Below, piece after piece: positions 10,426-17,943 of a DNA stretch of 52,418 nucleotides (its first letter is position 1; each line of letters opens with the position of its first letter). Origin of the DNA: an uncultured Eubacteriales bacterium. GTDB taxonomy: Bacteria > Bacillota > Clostridia > Oscillospirales > Oscillospiraceae. The position numbers were made by a program, and so were the translations under genes. The stretch covers positions 1 to 52,418 of the forward strand of contig URPI01000001.1 in NCBI GenBank assembly GCA_900549705.1, given 5' to 3'. The notes beneath the pieces are model-generated. The model was given only the letters and a program-made list of their open reading frames with translations. It was not told where the DNA came from and did no database searches.

Positions 10426-12395
10426 GGCAGCCTCCCAAGTTGGATGTGCTTCAAGTACTTCCTTAACGTGGTTTGAATGGGGCATATATAGACCCCCACC
10501 ATCAGCAGAGTGACACCCACATACCCCGCCAAATCGGGGATGCCCCAATGAAGCTGCATTCCCAGTGAATGGGAGACAAGCGCCATTGCCAAAATGCTGA
10601 GTAGAACCGGAACCAGCACGGCGACCGTTGCGGGAATGGAGGCTTGACGGAGAAAGGACTGGAAGATTACACTTTTAGAAGCCCCCAGGGTGTAAAGCGC
10701 ATTTATGATGTCGGACTGCCCCCGGATATAATCACACAGTTTTACATACAGAATCAAGGCGACCAGAGCAAAGAGAATGGCAAAGAGGTAAGCGGTCAGC
10801 AGGTAATAGCCTGGCGCTGCGCCTTGTGCAAAGGAAATGCTGGTTTGCCGGTTATCAATTTTATATCCGGCTCCTGGGAAACGTTTCTGAAGCATCTTCT
10901 CTACAGCCTCATGGCGGTTTGCGTCTTGAAGCTTAATTTCCACTTTGTTGCAGGGAAGCTGACTCATGTAAGCTGCTAGGAGAACATCGTCAATGTACAC
11001 ATCACATGCCCAATCATCCGTCTTGCCTGTGAGTACCTGCTTCGCGGTGAGCGTGAACAGCTCCTCCTCCACTTGTCCGTTGTACCTGACAATCCTGATA
11101 CTATCACCAGGATTGAGCTGCATTTGGGCGGAGTTGACCTGGATGGCGGCATCGTTCTTTTCAAACGCCACATTCGCCTTGGCAAAGTCAGAAATTGCAC
11201 GTAAGCGAACTGCGCTTTGCTGCCCATCCGGCCCTTTGATATCGAGTTCGCCGGGCGGCTGGATTTTCTCTGTTACAACGTATGCCACATTTTCCATGGT
11301 TTCTATATCATGGATGTCTTCGTCCGTAAAATTGGAACGAAAACTTGTGATGCATATCTCATAGTCAACAGGAGTACTGATGAAAGTCAGATTCAGCAGC
11401 AGGTACTGGAAGAGAAATAGGAAAATGGTGACCAGTGGGACGGAGATGCACAAACAGGTTTGAAAGACACGGTTTGTGCGCTGCCGCCAAAGCTTTGCCA
11501 ATGCTCGTGCCGGTGAGCGGGAGTACGTTAGTTTTTTTCTGCGGTATCTTTTCGGGATTGCACTGGCCTGAGAGACGGAACAAAGCGGGTATTTTCTCAG
11601 CGTCAGGCACAGCGGAACACCAAGCGACAGGAAGCAAATGAAAAGATGAACGGTTGTGTTGCGAATATCCACATGGAAAACCAACCATGCAAGGCCAGAG
11701 CTTGCTGTCATTTCCAGAAAGAGTGAAAAGAGCACCTTTAATGTCAGCACGGAGATTAAAACTGCACTTGCTGCGGACAATGCAAAGACCGCAAAGAACT
11801 CAACAAGAAAAATCCCGGCGATTTGCCGCTTGCTTGCACCGCAGCAGGAAAGCATCTCCATGTCCCCTGAAAAATAATGCAGATGGCTCCGGTAAGTGGA
11901 CTGTACAGTAAAGGCCATAAAAAGAATCAGAAGTACATTTATTGCAAATAATTGCCGCTGAGAAGACAGCGATGCCTCGTCTGTGGAAATGCCATGAGCA
12001 CGCTCATATTCGTTCGCACGAACGGATACATCGCTGCGTCCCATCTCGTTTATCCGCTGTTGGATTCGCCCGCTATACATATTCAGCGTGCTAAAATCCT
12101 TCCATTCCTCGTCATCTTCAATTTTGAGATAGATTTTCCTGTCTTCATAATACGGAGAGGAAAGGCCATCGATTCCTTGAAAATACTGGCAGTCTGCCTC
12201 GGTTACATTGGCAATATGGAACGTCTGCCCTTTTGAAAGAAACAAGAGCTGCTGTATTTCTCCATAGGCTCTGCTGTCCCGGTAAAATGAAACCAGTAGA
12301 GGGAGCAAAAATGCAAATGTCAGCACAAGATAAAGGGAAAAATGCTTTTGAAATCTACGGGAAAAGGAACGTTTCAGATAAAGTGCTGCGTACAT
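10422..12395 (-). CDS. FtsX-like ABC transporter permease
   Basis: Two sets of TM helices with GAS(K) motifs separated by extracytoplasmic loops; coupled to the ATPase. Confidence 0.8.
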   Translation of the reverse strand: MYAALYLKRSFSRRFQKHFSLYLVLTFAFLLPLLVSFYRDSRAYGEIQQLLFLSKGQTFHIANVTEADCQYFQGIDGLSSPYYEDRKIYLKIEDDEEWKDFSTLNMYSGRIQQRINEMGRSDVSVRANEYERAHGISTDEASLSSQRQLFAINVLLILFMAFTVQSTYRSHLHYFSGDMEMLSCCGASKRQIAGIFLVEFFAVFALSAASAVLISVLTLKVLFSLFLEMTASSGLAWLVFHVDIRNTTVHLFICFLSLGVPLCLTLRKYPLCSVSQASAIPKRYRRKKLTYSRSPARALAKLWRQRTNRVFQTCLCISVPLVTIFLFLFQYLLLNLTFISTPVDYEICITSFRSNFTDEDIHDIETMENVAYVVTEKIQPPGELDIKGPDGQQSAVRLRAISDFAKANVAFEKNDAAIQVNSAQMQLNPGDSIRIVRYNGQVEEELFTLTAKQVLTGKTDDWACDVYIDDVLLAAYMSQLPCNKVEIKLQDANRHEAVEKMLQKRFPGAGYKIDNRQTSISFAQGAAPGYYLLTAYLFAILFALVALILYVKLCDYIRGQSDIINALYTLGASKSVIFQSFLRQASIPATVAVLVPVLLSILAMALVSHSLGMQLHWGIPDLAGYVGVTLLMVGVYICPIQTTLRKYLKHIQLGRLP

Positions 12396-12630
12396 CTAGC
12401 AAAGCCCCCTCTTTTTTCAGCGATACGTTACATTGAGATTCTGCTTTCGCAGGCTTGATTTTATGCGTTACAGGCTAGTGTCTGCGGCTCCTCACCTAAA
12501 AAATAACCCATGACATCCAATTCTACAAGATGGAATAATGAACAAGAAAAAACAAGAAAGCTTGGTAACTTCATAAATAGACGCACCCGATTCCTTATGA
12601 TAGAATAGATATGTTGGCGTGTTATAACCA

Positions 12631-12710
12631 ATCGGGTAGGAAGAGCTGACCACTCGTCGCCCCCGACCTCTCACGCCGCCGTGCGTGCCGCCTGTCCCCA
12701 TGGCGGGTGC
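12631..12710 (-). mobile_element. Group II (IIC-like) intron 3' remnant: degenerate domain V plus domain VI
   Basis: Minus strand ccgccatg...gcacgcacggcggcgtgagaggtcggggg...tcctacccgat matches the typical group II 3' end; no RT ORF nearby. Confidence 0.6.
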
Positions 12711-12787
12711 GGTGGGAGCCGGGACGGTGGGGCAGGACGATTGAATGAGTTACAAATGTGTGAACACCTCGATAATCGAATACGCCC

Positions 12788-13199
12788 GTAGGGGTCGCCA
12801 ACTTGGCGACCCGCAGCTCCCGCAATAGAGCAGTTCGTTGAATGGTCGTCGCCAAAGTCTTCTGAGTTCTTGGCTTCCCCCGGGGGGAAGCTGCCTGGCT
12901 TGACGGCACTTCGGAACCGGCAAGACTGGCTGATGAGGGGTGGCGACAGGTTGGTCAATGAATGCAGCTGGATGAGCAGCATATGTTCCAGATTACACCA
13001 TTCAACGTACTGCTGTGGAGTTTTTAAGCGTTCGCTGCCCCTCATCAGTCACGACAAAATATCGGTTCCGAGATGCCGATATTTCATCGTGACAGCTTCC
13101 CCCCGGGGGAAGCCAAGGGGGCAGTTACGGGAGCTGGTTCCATTCAACGTTCCCCTCAGTTCCATCTGCCAACGGGTCGCCTATTAGGCGACCCCTACA
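12788..13199. repeat. Composite (nested) REP-like cluster
   Basis: Outer inverted pair GTAGGGGTCGCC-loop-GGCGACCCG ... CGGGTCGCC-loop-GGCGACCCCTAC enclosing an inner inverted pair of GCTTCCCCC-GGGGGAAGC elements. Confidence 0.85.
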
Positions 13200-13409
13200 A
13201 TGGCGGTACAAAACCATGGGTACACACCCTTCAACCAACAAACCCCTCAGAGGTGGAGCCACGGACACTTCGTGCCAGCGAGGAAAGCCCCCTTGTGGGT
13301 TTTCGGAAAATATGCTATACTCAAGGGGAAAAAACGGGAAAACCGGATGAACGGAGATGTTATGATGAAGCAGTTAGAAAACGAGGCGCTTTCCATAACC
13401 GGAGAGACC

Positions 13410-14444
13410 ATGCAGGCCTATACCTATGTTTCTCAGGGAAATTTTCAGCTGATGGAAAAGCCCAAGCCGGTGCTGATGCACCCCCGGGATGCCATTGTCA
13501 AGGTGACCCTTGCCAGCATTTGTTCCAGTGACCTGCACATCAAGCATGGCAGCGTGCCCCGGGCAGTCCCGGGAATTACCGTGGGGCATGAGATGGTGGG
13601 CATCGTGGAGTCGGTAGGCGAGGCAGTTACCAATGTGAAGCCCGGCGACCGGGTGACGGTCAATGTGGAAACCTTCTGCGGTCAGTGCTTCTTCTGCAAA
13701 AAGGGCTATGTGAACAACTGCACCGACCGCAATGGCGGCTGGGCGCTGGGCTGCCGCATTGATGGCGGTCAGGCGGAATATGTGCGGGTGCCCTTTGCCG
13801 ACCAGGGCTTGAACCGGATTCCCGAGGGCGTGACGGATCGCCAGGCGCTGCTGGTGGGTGACGTGCTGGCAACCGGCTTCTGGGCAGCCCGGATTTCCGA
13901 AATTACGCCGGAGGACACGGTGCTGATTCTCGGTGCCGGCCCTACGGGCATTTGCACCCTGCTGTGTGTGATGCTGAAGCAGCCCAAGCATATCATTGTC
14001 TGCGAAAAGGACGAAAATCGCCTTCATTTTATCCAAACCCACTATCCCCAGGTGCAGACGGTGACACCGGAAAGCTGCCTGGAGCAAGTGCGTGCCGCCT
14101 GTCCCCATGGCGGTGCGGATGTGGTGCTGGAAGTGGCGGGAGTGGATTCCACCTTCCGGCTGGCATGGCAGTGCGCCAGACCCAACGGGCTGGTGACGGT
14201 GGTGGCGCTTTACGACCGGGCGCAGACCCTGCCCCTGCCGGAGATGTACGGCAAGAACCTGACCTTCAAAACCGGCGGCGTGGACGGCTGCGACTGCCGG
14301 GAGACCCTGGCGCTGATTGCCCAGGGCAAGCTGGACACCGAGCCGCTGATTACCCACACCTATCCCCTGAGCAGAATCCAGGAGGCCTACGACCTGTTTG
14401 AAAACAAGCGGGACGGGGTCATCAAGGTCGCCGTGGAGTGCTGA
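13410..14444 (+). CDS. Zinc-dependent alcohol dehydrogenase (MDR family)
   Basis: ICSSDLH, GHEMVG, C..C..C.......C, GAGPTG; alternative start at 13362. Confidence 0.9.
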   Translation: MQAYTYVSQGNFQLMEKPKPVLMHPRDAIVKVTLASICSSDLHIKHGSVPRAVPGITVGHEMVGIVESVGEAVTNVKPGDRVTVNVETFCGQCFFCKKGYVNNCTDRNGGWALGCRIDGGQAEYVRVPFADQGLNRIPEGVTDRQALLVGDVLATGFWAARISEITPEDTVLILGAGPTGICTLLCVMLKQPKHIIVCEKDENRLHFIQTHYPQVQTVTPESCLEQVRAACPHGGADVVLEVAGVDSTFRLAWQCARPNGLVTVVALYDRAQTLPLPEMYGKNLTFKTGGVDGCDCRETLALIAQGKLDTEPLITHTYPLSRIQEAYDLFENKRDGVIKVAVEC

Positions 14445-14451
14445 TGGACAC

Positions 14452-14482
14452 AAAAAAGCCGGAGCAAGCGCTCCGGTTTTTA
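14452..14482 (+). terminator. Intrinsic terminator (bidirectional-looking)
   Basis: aaaaaagccggagc-aagc-gctccggttttt. Confidence 0.8.
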
Positions 14483-14493
14483 TCAACAGCACA

Positions 14494-14730
14494 GAAATGA
14501 CCCCTAGCCGTTTTCTGGACATTGGCTAGGGGTTATTCCGCGGGGTTCTTGGGTTTTGCCATTCGGGGTACTCTCTTTTCTGCGGACTGCGTACTACAGA
14601 AGCGGGGATTCCGGGAGATGGGGTTCTGGGATTGCCGGAGGTCTGAGTAGGTTGCGATGCGAGGAGTGGGGGGGATTGCACTACGCGGGTCTACGAGGGG
14701 TCGCTTTGCTTTGGAATCTCCCTTTCTGTA
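14494..14730 (-). ncRNA. Candidate C-rich small RNA (~235 nt)
   Basis: Promoter TTGAAA-17-TATATT (14764-14736); about a dozen C-tracts; terminal hairpin acccctagcc...ggctaggggt; no substantial ORF. Confidence 0.45.
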
Positions 14731-14879
14731 CTTAAAATATAACCTGTAATCAGCGTATTTTCAAGATGGGATAATCCATAAAGAAATGATGAAAAGCTTA
14801 TGCACTCCGCAAATGGACGAAAAAGCGAAACTGTGCTATAATAGAATATGTTGGGGCGCATTGGATGCCCCATATGGTT

Positions 14880-14916
14880 AAACGCCGCAGGGACTTCCCT
14901 GCGGCGTTTCGTATTT
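14880..14916. terminator. Strong hairpin, possible terminator of a short plus-strand RNA
   Basis: aaacgccgcaggga-ct-tccctgcggcgttt. Confidence 0.6.
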
Positions 14917-15241
14917 CGCCAAAAGGCGGTTTACAGGCGATGGGCTTCATTCGTGCATATGCGTATACTCGGCTGCAAGTGTGCGTGAAATTAAGGTCTT
15001 ACAATTCTGGCACATCACAATTTCAGTGCGGTGGATGAGACAGACGGCAGGCGTACTCTGACCTATGTTAGAAAGTTCCTGTCCGTATTCATAGAATACA
15101 ACAATAAATAGGCTTTGACAAGGGAGAATAATGGATAAAGAGAAGCACGGGAGTTTATTTATTTCCCCGATAGATGCGAACGAGCTTGTTGCAGAACATG
15201 ATTGCTAAAGCGTTTTTCTGCGGCGGTTGAATATTCTTGCA

Positions 15242-15349
15242 CTAACCATTCAAAATAGAAACGAGGAACAACAAGGCGGACAGGGAACACAAAACAATTC
15301 CAAGCAGGAGCAGGTGCTTCATCCATTTTGTTCCGGGTTTGTTCTTCAT
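15242..15349 (-). CDS. Small single-TM peptide, 35 aa (MKNKPGTKWMKHLLLLGIVLCSLSALLFLVSILNG)
   Basis: RBS GAGGT 8 nt upstream; basic N-terminus plus hydrophobic helix; below the ORF-track cutoff. Confidence 0.5.
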   Translation of the reverse strand: MKNKPGTKWMKHLLLLGIVLCSLSALLFLVSILNG

Positions 15350-15483
15350 AAACAGTTACCTCGTTTTGTATAATAAGCTAACTATAGCACAAAATATCCA
15401 CTAATACAATACATAGAACATACAATGTTGGTTGATTTCCTTTTGCTATTATTTCGCCCATACTATGGTTCGAGGTGATTTGA

Positions 15484-15786
15484 TTGCATTTGCGAATTCG
15501 GAAAGCACGGGAGAAAATGGGTTTAACCCGGGAGAAATTTGCGGAAAAATTGGATGTCAGCGTTTCTTATCTTGCCGAGCTGGAACGGGGACGCACGGGC
15601 ATCTCCGTCAAAATGCTGATAAAGGTATGCACCGTTCTGGGACTGTCCGCTGACTACATACTCTTTGGACAGGAGCGCCCCGGTGATGACGCCCGTGCAA
15701 CAGCTATTTCCCATATTGATGAAAAGTATTTACCGGTGTTGGATTCCGTCATTGAGGAGCTCTGTTTCCTGAGCGCTCAGGAGTAA
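15484..15786 (+). CDS. XRE-family helix-turn-helix regulator
   Basis: RIRKAREKMGLTREKFAEKLDVSVSYLAELERG; RBS GAGGTG, TTG start. Confidence 0.85.
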   Translation: MHLRIRKAREKMGLTREKFAEKLDVSVSYLAELERGRTGISVKMLIKVCTVLGLSADYILFGQERPGDDARATAISHIDEKYLPVLDSVIEELCFLSAQE

Positions 15787-15790
15787 GCGT

Positions 15791-15829
15791 AAAAAATCCG
15801 CCCTTCGGCTTTGTCCGAGGGGCGGATTT
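15791..15829. terminator. Bidirectional terminator
   Basis: aaaaaatccgcccttcgg...ccgaggggcggattt. Confidence 0.75.
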
Positions 15830-15842
15830 GATGTCAGGAGAA

Positions 15843-16784
15843 TTATTTACCCAGCATATTCTTGGTCTGTGCCACAATGTTTTCGGCGCTGAGGCCGAAC
15901 TGCTTCAGCAGCGCAGCGGCGGGGCCGGAATGACCGAACACATCGTTGACACCAATGCGCCTGACCGGCGTAGGCAGCTTTTCGCTGAGCAGGGAGCAGA
16001 CCGCTTCACCCAGACCGCCGATGATGTTGTGCTCCTCCACGGTGATAATCTTGCCGCACTTCTTGGCAGCTTCCAGCACCAGCGCCTCATCCAGGGGCTT
16101 GATGGTTGCCATGTTGATAATCATGGCATCGATGCCTTCTTCTGCCAGCTGCTTGCCGGCTTCGATGGCTTCCGGCACCAGGATGCCGTTGGCGATGATG
16201 GCAATGTCCTTGCCCTCCCGCAGCACTTCACCCTTGCCGATTTCAAAGTGGTAGCCCTCCTGGTGGAACACCGGGGTGGCGGCACGACCGAAGCGCATAT
16301 AGCAGGGGCCTTCCATATGGTAGGCGGCCTTGACCATGGCTCTGGCCTCCACGTCGTCGGCGGGGCACATGACGGTCATGCCGGGGATGGTACGCATCAG
16401 GGCGAAGTCCTCACAGCACTGGTGAGAAGCACCGTCCTCGCCCACGGAAATGCCGCCGTGGGTAGCACCAATCTTCACATTCAGGTGGGGATAGCCGATG
16501 GTGTTGCGCACCTGCTCATAGGCACGACCGGCGGCGAACATGGCAAAGGTTGCCGCAAAGGGCACAAGACCCATGGTGGAAAGGCCGGCAGCCACGCCAA
16601 TCATGTTGGCCTCCTGGATGCCGCAGTCGAAGAACCGCTCGGGGTGTGCCTTCTTGAAAATGCCGGTTTTGGTTGCGCCTGCCAGGTCGGCATCCAGAAC
16701 CACAATATTGTCAAACTCGTCGCCCAGCTCCTTCAGGGCGTTGCCGTAGCTGTCACGGGTTGCAATTTTCTTGATGTCTGCCAT
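15843..16784 (-). CDS. Transketolase, C-terminal (pyrimidine-binding) subunit
   Basis: ATRDSYG, DADLAGAT, GIQEANMIG, GEDGASHQ, EEHNIIGGLGEAV. Confidence 0.93.
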   Translation of the reverse strand: MADIKKIATRDSYGNALKELGDEFDNIVVLDADLAGATKTGIFKKAHPERFFDCGIQEANMIGVAAGLSTMGLVPFAATFAMFAAGRAYEQVRNTIGYPHLNVKIGATHGGISVGEDGASHQCCEDFALMRTIPGMTVMCPADDVEARAMVKAAYHMEGPCYMRFGRAATPVFHQEGYHFEIGKGEVLREGKDIAIIANGILVPEAIEAGKQLAEEGIDAMIINMATIKPLDEALVLEAAKKCGKIITVEEHNIIGGLGEAVCSLLSEKLPTPVRRIGVNDVFGHSGPAAALLKQFGLSAENIVAQTKNMLGK

Positions 16785-16787
16785 GAT

Positions 16788-17648
16788 TTAGCCCTCCTCA
16801 ATCGCCTTGCGTGCGGCAGCCAGCTCTGCCATTGCCTGTGCGTATTCCTCGTCGTTGGGTGCTTTGCCGTGCCAGCCCACCTGGTTTTCCATGTAGGAAA
16901 CGCCCTTGCCCTTGATGGTGTTCATCAGAACGGCAGTGGGCTTGCCGGTGCCGTGGTTGGCATGGAAGCGCTCCATGGCCTTTTCGATTTCCTGGAAGCT
17001 GTGACCGTCAATCACAATCACGTCGCAGCCGAAAGCCTCAAACTTTTTGTCCACGGGAGCGGTGTTCATCACGTCCTTGGTGCAGCCGTCAATCTGCAAG
17101 CCGTTCAGGTCAACGATGATGCACAGGTTATCCAGCTGATAGTGGGCAGCAAACATGGTTGCCTCCCAAATCTGCCCCTCTGCCAGCTCACCATCGCCCA
17201 GGATGGAATAGACATTGATGTCCTTGTGCAGAAACTTAGCGCCCTTTGCCATGCCGGCAGCGGTGGAAAGGCCCTGACCCAGAGAGCCGGTGGACATATC
17301 CACACCGGGGACGGTGTTCATATTGGGGTGTCCCTGCAAATAGCTGTCAATGTGGCGCAGGGTGGCCAGGTCTTCCACCGGGAAAAAGCCCCGGTTTGCC
17401 AGCGCAGCATACAGTCCGGGGGCGGTGTGACCCTTGGAGAGAACAAAACGATCCCGCTCCTCCCACTTGGGGTTTGCCGGGTCAATCCGCATTTCATTGA
17501 AATACAGATAGGTAAACATATCGGCAGCAGAAAGGCTTCCGCCGGGGTGACCGGATTTCGCGCCGTGGGTGGCAGTGACGATGCCCTCACGAACCTTTAC
17601 AGCTTCCAGCTGAAGCTGCTTGACATCGAGATGATTTGTCATTGTCAT
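16788..17648 (-). CDS. Transketolase, N-terminal (TPP-binding) subunit
   Basis: SGHPGGSLS, DRFVLSKGH, STGSLGQG, GDGELAEG. Confidence 0.93.
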   Translation of the reverse strand: MTMTNHLDVKQLQLEAVKVREGIVTATHGAKSGHPGGSLSAADMFTYLYFNEMRIDPANPKWEERDRFVLSKGHTAPGLYAALANRGFFPVEDLATLRHIDSYLQGHPNMNTVPGVDMSTGSLGQGLSTAAGMAKGAKFLHKDINVYSILGDGELAEGQIWEATMFAAHYQLDNLCIIVDLNGLQIDGCTKDVMNTAPVDKKFEAFGCDVIVIDGHSFQEIEKAMERFHANHGTGKPTAVLMNTIKGKGVSYMENQVGWHGKAPNDEEYAQAMAELAAARKAIEEG

Positions 17649-17943
17649 TACGCTCCTTTATATCAGCAATAATCAGTGAGCTTATTCGCTTTTATTATTA
17701 TAATTCCAAACGCCCCAAAAGTCGATAGGTTTACAGTTGACAATATAGCCAAATTATATGGATGAATTTGCTTTTTGCACAGTTGTATTGTTACGAAAAT
17801 TCAGAGATTGGAAGAAATTGACAAAAGGACGGCAGCCGGAAAAAGAAGCGAAAAAAGAAGACAATTTACAACAGGAAAATCCCGTGCTATAATGCCCCGG
17901 ATTAACGGAAAAACATTTCCATTTGACCCGGAGGGCAAACAAA

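Noticed and set aside
12492..13531. ORFs across the repeat cluster
   Set aside because: They are translations of palindromic repeats, with no RBS or protein-like motifs
12631..15100. Intact group II intron, retron or DGR
   Set aside because: No reverse transcriptase motifs in any listed ORF, no convincing intron 5' end, and no template/variable repeat pair noticed
15843..17648. Split transketolase as a pseudogene
   Set aside because: Two-subunit transketolases are normal in clostridia, and both genes have their own RBS and intact motifs
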